A stretch of 64,000 bases of DNA. It comes from Acidobacteriota bacterium (GTDB lineage: Bacteria; Acidobacteriota; Terriglobia; Acidiferrales; UBA7541). The stretch's first letter is position 1. Each line of letters opens with the position of its first letter. Positions 8,305 through 17,092 of this stretch are shown here, piece by piece. The DNA lies in assembly GCA_003224085.1 (NCBI GenBank), contig QHYK01000063.1, forward strand, positions 2,625-66,624, written 5' to 3'. Both the position numbers and the translations under genes were made by a program. The notes under the pieces were generated by a model. That model made no database searches. It saw only the letters and a program-made list of their open reading frames with translations, and was not told where the DNA came from.

Positions 8305-10257
8305 TCAACGCTCCCGCCCCGAGACCGTCCGAGCCACCGCGGCAGAGGCAGCCTTGAGAGCTACGCGGGGCACGGGCACTCCTGCTTGAGCGGGTTTTTG
8401 GGGCTGAGGCTCCAGTGATTCAGGGGGTCTTGTTTGGGCGGTGTACTGCCCGGGGGTTTTCTTGTTCTTCTTGTCGTAGTAGGCCTTGATGATGTCGCGT
8501 ACCACGGGACCGGCAGCCTCCCCACCGTGCTTTCCGCTTTCCTGCACCAGCACGGACACTACGATCTCCGGATTGCGTCGCGGCGCATAGCCGACAAACC
8601 ACGCATTGTCTTCGAATTTTTTCTGCTTGCCGATGCGCGCGCGGGTATCGTAACCAATCACCTGTGCGGTGCCGGACTTGCCACTGAACTCGATCCCGGT
8701 GAGCCTCAATTGACCGCCGGTACCCCCGGGTTCGTTGACGACGCCATACATGGCGTCGGTAATCTCCTCGATGGTGTGCTCGGAGATGGAGAAGCGTTCT
8801 TCCTTCACATTGGGAGTATCCTTGAGCATGTGCGGCTGCATGAAGAGGCCGCCCGAGGCAATGCCCCCGATCATGCGCGCCAGCTGCAAAGGAGTGGTGG
8901 TGACGGCGCCTTGACCGGTAGCCACGGAAATCACTTCGCCTTGATACCACTTGCGGTGCAAGACACGCGCAACCCACTGCGGAGATGGCATCAGGCCGGC
9001 TTCCTCGGAAGGAAGATCGATGCCGGTCTTGTGCCCGATGCCGAAGTGGCTGGCATAGTAGGCCAGTCGTTCGATTCCCAGGCGCAGGCCGACATTGTAG
9101 AAAAAGACGTCGCAGGATTTCAGGATGGCCTCATGAAGGTGGGTGGCGCCATGGGACTTTGGTCCGGTCTTGGCGTAAAAAACCCAGCAGTGATACTGCC
9201 GGCCGAAGAATTTGGCGTAGCCCGGACAAAACGTCGTAAAGCTTTCCGCGGGAACGTGGTCTTCCAGCATCGCCGTGGCCGTCACAATCTTGAAAACGGA
9301 ACCTGGCGCCAGTTGGGCCTGAATGGCGCGATTCAACAAGGGCTTTTGGGGATCTTCGTTTAGTTTTTTCCACTCATCCGCAGAGACGCGCACAGCGAAG
9401 TCGTTGGGGTCCAGCGCAGGGTGACTGGCCATGGCCAAAACCTCGCCGTTGCGGGGATCGAGCGCAACGACGGCGCCGGGGCGCTCGCCGAGAGATTGCT
9501 CGGCGACTTGCTGTAAGTCGTAGTCAATGCTGAGCTGAATCTGCTTGCCGGGAATGGCTTCCTGCGTGGGTAGGTGTCCCACTTCCTTGCCGACGCTGTT
9601 CACAATGACGCGGCGCTTGCCGTCGGTGCCTTGCAGCGAATCGTTGTACTGAAGCTCGAGGCCGAATTTTCCGGCAAAGTCGCCTGGCCGGAGCTTGCCA
9701 TTGCTGGCTTCGATTTGCTGTTCGCTGACTTCACCCACGTAACCCACGGCGTGTGAGAGAAAGCCCCCGGGGAGGTAGCGGCGCCGCGAAACGGGAATCA
9801 TTTCAAGGACCGGGATGTCGGATTTGTGCGATTCGATAAATGCAATGTCCGCGGGTGAAGCGTCCGACTTGATAATGATGGGCTGGAATTTGGCAAGATT
9901 CTTCGTGCTGTTCAGCTGGTCCTTCAGATCCGCCAGCGGAATCCCGAGACCCTCGGAAATGGCGGCGAGATGTTTTTCGACCTGGGTCATGTCGTCGCGG
10001 AGCAGGAGGACGCTGAAGGAGGGCCGGTTGTCAACCAGGACGCGGCCGTCGCGGTCGAGCATGCGGCCACGAGGAGCGATGACTGGAATTTCGCGGACGC
10101 GGTTGCGCTCGGCGAGAGCAGCGTACTTATCGGAATCGATGACCTGGAGTTTCCAGAAGCCCAACAACAACACGCCGATCATGCCTACGATGATGTAGGA
10201 GGCTATGGCGAGCCGCGCCTGCGGCAAACGATTGTCGTTCCCAAACCAGTGAGACAC
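8305..10257 (-). CDS. mrdA: Penicillin-binding protein 2
   Basis: N-terminal TM helix, IAPRGRMLDRDG, PGSVFK (SxxK), SCDVFFY, KSGTAQ; GTG start position uncertain. Confidence 0.93.
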   Translation of the reverse strand: MSHWFGNDNRLPQARLAIASYIIVGMIGVLLLGFWKLQVIDSDKYAALAERNRVREIPVIAPRGRMLDRDGRVLVDNRPSFSVLLLRDDMTQVEKHLAAISEGLGIPLADLKDQLNSTKNLAKFQPIIIKSDASPADIAFIESHKSDIPVLEMIPVSRRRYLPGGFLSHAVGYVGEVSEQQIEASNGKLRPGDFAGKFGLELQYNDSLQGTDGKRRVIVNSVGKEVGHLPTQEAIPGKQIQLSIDYDLQQVAEQSLGERPGAVVALDPRNGEVLAMASHPALDPNDFAVRVSADEWKKLNEDPQKPLLNRAIQAQLAPGSVFKIVTATAMLEDHVPAESFTTFCPGYAKFFGRQYHCWVFYAKTGPKSHGATHLHEAILKSCDVFFYNVGLRLGIERLAYYASHFGIGHKTGIDLPSEEAGLMPSPQWVARVLHRKWYQGEVISVATGQGAVTTTPLQLARMIGGIASGGLFMQPHMLKDTPNVKEERFSISEHTIEEITDAMYGVVNEPGGTGGQLRLTGIEFSGKSGTAQVIGYDTRARIGKQKKFEDNAWFVGYAPRRNPEIVVSVLVQESGKHGGEAAGPVVRDIIKAYYDKKNKKTPGQYTAQTRPPESLEPQPQKPAQAGVPVPRVALKAASAAVARTVSGRER

Positions 10258-10414
10258 CGAAAACCCCGCGCGCGAGGAGTCTCTGTAAGACCTCAGTTTC
10301 GTCCAGTTGCGCCGGACGGAACTCGCGTCACAAAAAATCTACAGCGTAGGTTTCGAGTTTGGTCCCGGTAAAAAACGGGATCAGGCTCAAATTGTCCGTC
10401 GAAAATTTCCTCGA

Positions 10415-10435
10415 ACCTGCCTGCGGCAGGCAGGT
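10415..10435. repeat. REP-like palindrome
   Basis: ACCTGCCTGC-G-GCAGGCAGGT, perfect 10-bp inverted repeat. Confidence 0.65.
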
Positions 10436-10632
10436 CTGGGCAACGAAAAAATCTTCGGGAGCTCCCGAATGACGCCGGACTGAAGCTGCACAAAAAGCAG
10501 CAAGTCAACTTCAAACCTACCACCGGAGCGGAGGGGCCGCAAGCCGTCCGCGAGGACAGGTTCCAGGTTAACACTCGGTTTTTGAGCGAGCCTTTCCTGT
10601 AGAGCGAGTTGCTCCCCTGGCGAGGTCACGCT

Positions 10633-11307
10633 ATGGTAGGAAATTCTGTTATGCGTAAAGAACCCAATCTAGGAAAGCCCATGCGGTTGGCGCTGCTTGG
10701 CATGTCCGGCACGGGGAAGACCTTCTGGACCAAGAAGTTAGCGGAGAAGGGGACGCCGGCCGTCTTTTGCGATGACCGAATCGAGCGGAGACTTGCACCT
10801 AAACTGGGGCCGGGCGGATATTCGGGCATCAACGGCGTGGCGGCGTGGATGGGCTGGCCCAACAGCCCGACGTACGCGGAGCGAGAAGCCGCGTATCTGG
10901 CGGAAGAGATTCACACGCTCGATGAGGTCTTGCAGGAACTCGAGAACAAGCCGGAGGCTTCGCTTGTTCTGGATACGACCGGCAGCGTGATTTATGCGGG
11001 AAATCACTTATTGATGCGCCTGCGGCGGCAGATGACGATTGTGTATCTGGCGGCGACCGCGGGCGAACGGCAACTGCTGATTGAAAGATATTTGAACGAT
11101 CCGAAGCCGGTGCTGTGGCGCGGCGCATTTCAGCCGAAGAGCGGAGAAACAGCCCGGGAAACGGTGGCACGGTGTTATCCGGCGCTGATCGAGGCAAGGC
11201 GTAGGAGCTACGAAGCGCTGGCGCACTGCACGGTGAGCGTTGGCGAATTGCGAGCAACTTCCGACGCTGAGAAGTTCCTGGAGCGAGTACGCAGGCAGAT
11301 GATATGA
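10633..11307 (+). CDS. P-loop kinase, shikimate-kinase-like (AAA_18-like); candidate alternative homoserine kinase
   Basis: Walker A GMSGTGKT, downstream DD, LDTTGSVIY strand; start could be 10633, 10651 or 10681. Confidence 0.8.
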   Translation: MVGNSVMRKEPNLGKPMRLALLGMSGTGKTFWTKKLAEKGTPAVFCDDRIERRLAPKLGPGGYSGINGVAAWMGWPNSPTYAEREAAYLAEEIHTLDEVLQELENKPEASLVLDTTGSVIYAGNHLLMRLRRQMTIVYLAATAGERQLLIERYLNDPKPVLWRGAFQPKSGETARETVARCYPALIEARRRSYEALAHCTVSVGELRATSDAEKFLERVRRQMI

Positions 11308-11314
11308 AAGCAAG

Positions 11315-11401
11315 GATCAAGGGACCCAGATCAGAGAACGGAGATTGGAGGTCAGGAAGACAAATGCGGGTTCATTGCTTTCCGGTCTGCGATCTCTGAT
11401 C
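11315..11401. repeat. Heptamer tandem repeats in inverted arms
   Basis: GATCAAG GGACCCA GATCAGA GAACGGA GATTGGA GGTCAGG (11315-11356) and reverse arm TCCGGTC TGCGATC TCTGATC (11381-11401). Confidence 0.75.
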
Positions 11402-11408
11402 ACGCAAA

Positions 11409-12710
11409 ATGAGATACCGAAGCACATCGCGCAAGGCGCCGCTCAGCTCATTGCGAGGAGCAGTGCTGCGCGGATTGGCGCCGGACGGCGGGCTGTACAT
11501 GCCGGCGGAGATTGCGCGGCATTCCGCGGAGGAACTCGAAGAATTTCGGAGGCTGCCGTTCACCGAAGTTTGTTTTCGCACAGTGAAACCGTTCGCCACG
11601 CCGGACGTGCCGGAAGAAGTGCTGTGGCAAATCGTGAGCGAGGCCATCAATTTTCCCGTGAAGCTGGTTTCGCTTTCGCCGGGACTGCACATCCTAGAGC
11701 TGTTTCACGGTCCAACGCTGGCGTTCAAGGATTTTGGCGCGCGATTCATGGCCCGGCTGATGGGCTATTTCGTGCGCGGGGAATCGCGGCCGCTCACGGT
11801 GCTTGTGGCGACTTCGGGAGACACGGGAAGCGCGGTTGCACACGGATTTCTGGGCGTGCCGGGAATTCGCGTGGTGATTCTGTATCCTTCGAAGCGCATC
11901 AGCGAGGCGCAGGAAAAGCAGTTTACCACGCTCGGCGAGAACATCACGGCGCTCGAAGTGGGGGGCACGTTCGACGATTGCCAGCGGCTGGTGAAGCAGG
12001 CGTTTTCCGATGCACAGCTGAACAAGACGGCGTTTCTGACTTCGGCCAATTCCATCAATATCGGGCGGCTGCTGCCGCAGATGTTTTATCACCTGGCGGC
12101 GTACCGGCAATTGCCGGTGGCGTCGGTGCCGCTGATCGTGTCGGTGCCGAGCGGGAATTTTGGGAATTTGACGGCGGGAATTTTTGCCAAGCGCATCGGC
12201 CTCCCGGTGGCGAAATTTATTGCCAGCACCAACGTCAACGACGTGGTGCCGCAATATTTGCGCAGCGGGCAGTTTTGCCCGCGTCCGGCGACGGCCACGT
12301 ATTCGAACGCCATGGACGTGGGCAATCCGAATAATTTTCCGCGGCTGCTGGACTTGTGCCGGGGACGGCTGGAGTACGTGCAGAAGGAAATCTGGGGCCA
12401 TGCGGCGACGGATGAAGAAACGCTGTGCGAAATGAGAAAGGTTCACGAGCGATTCGGGTACCTTGCCGACCCGCATACAGCCGTGGGCGTGTATTGCTGG
12501 GAAGCCTACAAACTGGAGCACGCCGAGCCCGCGCAAGGATTGGTGTTGGCGACGGCGCATCCAGCGAAATTCGCTGATGTGGTGAGGAAAGCGATTGGAA
12601 GCGCGCCACCGCTGCCCGATCGACTCGCCGCGTACTTAAAGCGTGACAAATTGTCGCTGCCGATTTCGAGTTCCTACGATGATTTCAAGCAATTCCTGCT
12701 GGCGCACTAA
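11409..12710 (+). CDS. thrC: Threonine synthase
   Basis: GLAPDGGLYMP, LELFHGPTLAFKDFGARF (PLP lysine), ATSGDTGSA, SANSINIGRLLPQ, VPSGNFGN, LATAHPAKF. Confidence 0.96.
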   Translation: MRYRSTSRKAPLSSLRGAVLRGLAPDGGLYMPAEIARHSAEELEEFRRLPFTEVCFRTVKPFATPDVPEEVLWQIVSEAINFPVKLVSLSPGLHILELFHGPTLAFKDFGARFMARLMGYFVRGESRPLTVLVATSGDTGSAVAHGFLGVPGIRVVILYPSKRISEAQEKQFTTLGENITALEVGGTFDDCQRLVKQAFSDAQLNKTAFLTSANSINIGRLLPQMFYHLAAYRQLPVASVPLIVSVPSGNFGNLTAGIFAKRIGLPVAKFIASTNVNDVVPQYLRSGQFCPRPATATYSNAMDVGNPNNFPRLLDLCRGRLEYVQKEIWGHAATDEETLCEMRKVHERFGYLADPHTAVGVYCWEAYKLEHAEPAQGLVLATAHPAKFADVVRKAIGSAPPLPDRLAAYLKRDKLSLPISSSYDDFKQFLLAH

Positions 12711-12713
12711 TTT

Positions 12714-13247
12714 TCACGACGGGCGGCGGAGGCGGTCGAGGGGGACAAAGAGGAAAATGGCGGCGAGACCGTTGAGGAGCGCCGCGCCGAACAGATGCAG
12801 ATTGAACCAGGGTTCCGGCTGCGCGAGCAGGATGCGCCGCGTCAGCGCGACTATACCTTGATGAATAATGAAAAATCCCGCGGTGAGCGCAAACCGCGCG
12901 GCAGGATGTTCGGTGTCTAAACGCGCGCCAATCGAAGAGGCAAGATAGCCGATCACGGTTTTCGCGATTCCGAAGAGGCCAAGCGGAACGGTGGGTCCGC
13001 TGAGACTGTCCTGAGACAAGCCGATAAGCGCTCCGAGGATTAGCCCCGTGGAAGGGTTGCGCCGGCTGAGGCCAAAATAAATGGTAACGAGCAAAGGCAA
13101 ATCGAGGAGAGCCACTCTGGTGAAATGTAGAGGAAGCCAGGCCTGAATTATCAGCGCCAGCAGCGCACTGATGAGGATGGCGCCCGAGCGGAATTTATGC
13201 ACCTCGATGTGAGACTCGCCGATGCGCAGGTCAAATGCGCTGTTCAT
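12714..13247 (-). CDS. mreD: Rod shape-determining protein MreD
   Basis: Hydrophobic multi-TM 177 aa, overlaps the mreC stop by 4 nt; GLSQDSLSG..G..G motif. Confidence 0.85.
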   Translation of the reverse strand: MNSAFDLRIGESHIEVHKFRSGAILISALLALIIQAWLPLHFTRVALLDLPLLVTIYFGLSRRNPSTGLILGALIGLSQDSLSGPTVPLGLFGIAKTVIGYLASSIGARLDTEHPAARFALTAGFFIIHQGIVALTRRILLAQPEPWFNLHLFGAALLNGLAAIFLFVPLDRLRRPS

Positions 13248-14149
13248 GGATTGGCCACCGGTGGAGGATTCGAAGCCGCAGCGGTGGCAGGCTTCCCGAG
13301 TGCGGCAGGTGCGGGGGAATCGCTGCCTTTCAGGGGATGAAGCGTCAGAAGAACCAGCACTTCTTCGAGCTTTTCGAGATTCGCAGCGGGCTTGATGCGA
13401 ATTTGCTTGAAGGGATTATCGGGCTTGACTTGCGTAATCGTCCCGACGGGCAGGTCGCGCGGGAAAATGCGATCCATGCCGCTGGTAACCACGCGCGCGC
13501 CCACGCTCACGTCGTCGTCGTTTGGAAAGTATTTCATGGTGAGCAGCGGCTCACCCAAGCCCTCCACGGGGCTTTGTATCCCGGAGTCCGCAAGCTTGGC
13601 GCCGACGCCGCTGTCCTTGTCTGTCAACAGAAGCACTTGTGAAGTGTTGGGATACGCATCGATGATTTTTCCGACGACGCCATCGGGAGTGATCACCCCC
13701 ATATTCTTGCGGATGCCGTCATGCTCGCCGCGGTCCAGTTCAATGGTTTGGCTGCCCGTTCCCGCGCTTCCGCCGATCACGCGGGCGGCGACCATGGGCA
13801 CATCGGCCTGCGACTGGCGGAAGTGTAACAACGCGGCAAGGCGGTCGGCTTCAGCTGCTTTTCCTTCGAGTTGGGCGACCCGCAGTTTCAGCGCATCATT
13901 TTCGCGGCGCAAGTCTTGGTTATCTTTCCTGGTGCCTCGCAGCGCGAAGTAATTGCGCCACATATCGCGAAACCAGCCGAAACCGTAAGAGCCGGCGCGT
14001 TCGAAGGGCGAAACCGCTCCCACCGTCCAGCTACGAATCAAACGTCCCTGGGAATCGCGCTTGATCTGCACCGCGAGAAGGAGAACCTGGAGCAGGATGA
14101 CCCCGGCGAGCAGCACCAGCGATTTGTGGCGAGAGGGCATGACAGCCAT
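13244..14149 (-). CDS. mreC: Rod shape-determining protein MreC
   Basis: TM helix, coiled coil, ARVIG, IELDRGEHDGIRKNMGVITPDGVVGKI, VVTSGMDRIFPRDLPVG. Confidence 0.93.
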   Translation of the reverse strand: MAVMPSRHKSLVLLAGVILLQVLLLAVQIKRDSQGRLIRSWTVGAVSPFERAGSYGFGWFRDMWRNYFALRGTRKDNQDLRRENDALKLRVAQLEGKAAEADRLAALLHFRQSQADVPMVAARVIGGSAGTGSQTIELDRGEHDGIRKNMGVITPDGVVGKIIDAYPNTSQVLLLTDKDSGVGAKLADSGIQSPVEGLGEPLLTMKYFPNDDDVSVGARVVTSGMDRIFPRDLPVGTITQVKPDNPFKQIRIKPAANLEKLEEVLVLLTLHPLKGSDSPAPAALGKPATAAASNPPPVANP

Positions 14150-14373
14150 ATTTGAACCCTAAATTAGGAAACCGAAATTGGAAACTCGAAATCTTCCGCT
14201 ATTCACTTAGATACAAGGCTCATAAGAGTCGCAGCTCACAGTTTGTTGAAAGTTCCACCGCCAAAACGGTCGCTGCTTCGGCGAGTGTCTGCCGGGAAGA
14301 AATTCTCGCGCGTCAGCGCCTCCAAAAAAAAGTCTCCCCGTTTGCGACCAAGAAAGCGCTTACCTGAAACCCA

Positions 14374-15414
14374 TTAGTCGATGCACACCATGCGGAGCAA
14401 CTTGAAGTCGCTAAGCATTTTCCCCGTGCCGAGCACCACCGACGCCAGCGGATCATCTGCGATGGAGACCGGCAAGCCGGTCTCTTCACGGATGCGCTTG
14501 TCGAGATTCTTCAGCAGCGCGCCGCCGCCGGTCAGCACAATGCCGCGGTCGCTGATGTCCGCGGAGAGTTCCGGGGGCGTGCGCTCGAGAGCGACGCGCA
14601 CGGCGTTCAAAATCGTGGCTACGCATTCACTGAGCGCTTCGCGGATTTCGCTGTCGTCAATGGTCACGGTGCGCGGCACGCCTTCGATGAGATTGCGCCC
14701 CTTGACTTCCATGGTCAGCGGCTTCTCCAGAGGATAGGCCGAACCGATCTCCATTTTAATCTGTTCCGCGGTACGCTCGCCGACAAGCAGGTTGTACTTG
14801 CGCTTCAGGTATTGCATGACCGCTTCATCCATTTCGTTGCCGGCGACGCGCACGGAACGCGAATACACGATGCCGCTCATGGAAATCACAGCGATGTCTG
14901 TGGTGCCGCCGCCGATGTCCACGACCATGTTGCCGGAGGGCTCTTCGATGGGCAGGCCGGCGCCAATGGCCGCGGCCATGGCCTGCTCGACGAGATAAAC
15001 CTCGCTGGCGCGCGCGCGATAGGCGGAGTCCTGCACGGCGCGCTTTTCCACCGGGGTGATTTCACTTGGCACGCCAATAACGATGCGCGGATGCACAAGA
15101 ACCCGCCGGTTGTGCGCCTTCTGAATGAAATACGTGAGCATTTTTTCGGTGACTTTGAAGTCGGCAATGACGCCATCTTTCATCGGCTTGATGGCCACCA
15201 CGTTGCCCGGAGTGCGCCCCAGCATTTCCTTGGCTTCGCGGCCTACCGCGACCACTTCGCCGGTGGATTTATTGATAGCCACGATGGAAGGCTCGTTCAC
15301 CACGATGCCTTTGCCGTGCGAGAACACCAGGGTGTTTGCCGTGCCCAGATCGATGGCCAGGTCGGAAGAAAACAGACTGAACACCGACCTCATGTTGTAA
15401 CCGTTCTTGTTCAT
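14374..15414 (-). CDS. mreB: Rod shape-determining protein MreB
   Basis: [43 protein letters not shown]; start taken at ATG 15414 (15393 is an alternative). Confidence 0.97.
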   Translation of the reverse strand: MNKNGYNMRSVFSLFSSDLAIDLGTANTLVFSHGKGIVVNEPSIVAINKSTGEVVAVGREAKEMLGRTPGNVVAIKPMKDGVIADFKVTEKMLTYFIQKAHNRRVLVHPRIVIGVPSEITPVEKRAVQDSAYRARASEVYLVEQAMAAAIGAGLPIEEPSGNMVVDIGGGTTDIAVISMSGIVYSRSVRVAGNEMDEAVMQYLKRKYNLLVGERTAEQIKMEIGSAYPLEKPLTMEVKGRNLIEGVPRTVTIDDSEIREALSECVATILNAVRVALERTPPELSADISDRGIVLTGGGALLKNLDKRIREETGLPVSIADDPLASVVLGTGKMLSDFKLLRMVCID

Positions 15415-15548
15415 CCCTACTTCCCCCCGCGGAGAGAGTCTCCGCCGTCCGGCCGGCAAAAGCGCTGAGGGCTGCGCGATCAGCCTTCCTTGCTATTGTC
15501 TCCGGGCACGCGACCTGCGCCAAGCGCTATGGTCTGTCGTTCGGAATC

Positions 15549-16844
15549 TTACTTCGGCACGAAGATGGACACCGACTGTTTGTTTGTCCCACCACGGCGG
15601 TTCTGCCCGATCACCACAATAGTATGCTGTCCCGGCTCAAGCGGCTCGGTGAAATGACGGAACGTGCCGTCAGGCGCAATATTGGGAACGGACTGGCCGT
15701 TCACAATCAGGGCCGCCCCCGGTTCGGTTTTCCCTATGATTTCCGCAACGCGTCCGTGAAGCTGCGTGCCGGTAATTTCCAGGACCATGTCCTGCGACTT
15801 GCCCTGGGCCACCAAAGTGAACTTGAAAATGTCGCTGACTTCGCTGGATTGTTTCTTGGCATCCGTGGCCATCACGTTCCAGAAGTAGTCGCCGGCATCC
15901 AGGCCGGAAATGTCCACGCTCGTTCCGGTGAGGTTTTTCTTGTCGAACACAGTTCTCGTGAACATGGCCGTCGTGCTGATCCTCAGTGTATAGGAAACCG
16001 CCTCCGGAACCGCCTTCCACTCAAAGTGTACCGTAGCTGTCCTCGGATTCTCGGCGATGATGGGAGCGAGGTTCAGAGGCTCGATGAGATCAGGTGGTGC
16101 CAAGACGGTGGACTTCTGAATCGCGCCGGAGCTTGGAATAGTGGCCTTTTCGTACGGCGCAAGATCAATCCTTTCCTGGCCGCGCTGGACCTGAGCGCTA
16201 CCGCTGGACACCACCACCTCGCTTTCCTTCTTCTCCGGATTAAACTTTACACCGACATGGCTGTTGGAGTGCACCTGAGTTGTCGCATCCTCCGCACGCA
16301 CAGAGGCTTTGGACTCCGGAGAGCCTAGGTTCCCTGTTGCAAGATCCACAGCGCCCGTTTGAACGCCGATGGCTACGTTGTGGGGTTTGTTGCTTTCGGT
16401 GGAGTTCTCTTCCACCGTAACAAGCGTGTTCGGCTTGACGGTGAAAGACGTGCCGTCTGCGAAGATGACGCGCGCGTCGCTGTCCGAACCGGTCTGCACC
16501 AGGTCGCCCTTGTCCAGCGGTGTACTGAGAGTAGCATCCACCCACTGCACAGAGTTGACTTTTTTTACCTGCACGCGCCCCTCAAGATTCACGAATTTCG
16601 CGCCCTTTTGATCGGAGTTGACGGGATCGAGTTCGGGATTGCCTACGGTCTTGTCGATTTTGTTGATGACCGCGGTATACAACTCAGGTTTGGCCAGGTA
16701 GATTCCGCCAAAAACCACCCCCAGCGCAAGCAGGCTGTACAGGATCACCGTCTTATAAGTGACCGTTGTCCAATAGACTTCAACGCGCGGAACCCTGTGG
16801 TGCGATGGGGTGTGTCTCGGGTCGATGGGGGGTTGTGTGGTCAC
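15549..16844 (-). CDS. FecR-domain membrane-anchored protein with C-terminal FN3/Ig-like domains
   Basis: TM helix then GRVQVKK..W.DA....PL.KGDLVQTGSDSDARVIFADGTSF FecR-like motif; FHEWKAVP..VSYTLRIS FN3-like segment; start (GTG 16844) uncertain. Confidence 0.75.
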   Translation of the reverse strand: MTTQPPIDPRHTPSHHRVPRVEVYWTTVTYKTVILYSLLALGVVFGGIYLAKPELYTAVINKIDKTVGNPELDPVNSDQKGAKFVNLEGRVQVKKVNSVQWVDATLSTPLDKGDLVQTGSDSDARVIFADGTSFTVKPNTLVTVEENSTESNKPHNVAIGVQTGAVDLATGNLGSPESKASVRAEDATTQVHSNSHVGVKFNPEKKESEVVVSSGSAQVQRGQERIDLAPYEKATIPSSGAIQKSTVLAPPDLIEPLNLAPIIAENPRTATVHFEWKAVPEAVSYTLRISTTAMFTRTVFDKKNLTGTSVDISGLDAGDYFWNVMATDAKKQSSEVSDIFKFTLVAQGKSQDMVLEITGTQLHGRVAEIIGKTEPGAALIVNGQSVPNIAPDGTFRHFTEPLEPGQHTIVVIGQNRRGGTNKQSVSIFVPK

Positions 16845-17028
16845 GTATAGAGTCGCTCGCAGGCTCCATATTTTGAATGTAACACAGCGGGCTTCGGAGT
16901 CTGCCGGTGACAAGCGCACGCGTTGTCAAATTGCAAATAGCCTCCTCCAGACTCCTTGGCCGGACAAAGAATCGTTATTTGTTTATCCGGGCGGGCACCG
17001 CCACATCGCCTTTCGGCTTCGATTCTAT

Positions 17029-17057
17029 TTGAGGCAAATGACGCGATCTCCTATAAT
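17029..17057 (+). promoter_or_regulatory. sigma70 promoter upstream of ppiD
   Basis: TTGAGG - 17 nt - TATAAT. Confidence 0.6.
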
Positions 17058-17092
17058 GTCAAGTTTGTCTGGGTACGCGGGGGAATCATCGG

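Noticed and set aside
10293-10629. Short minus-strand ORFs upstream of mrdA
   Set aside because: No SD or recognisable motifs; they run through palindromic non-coding elements
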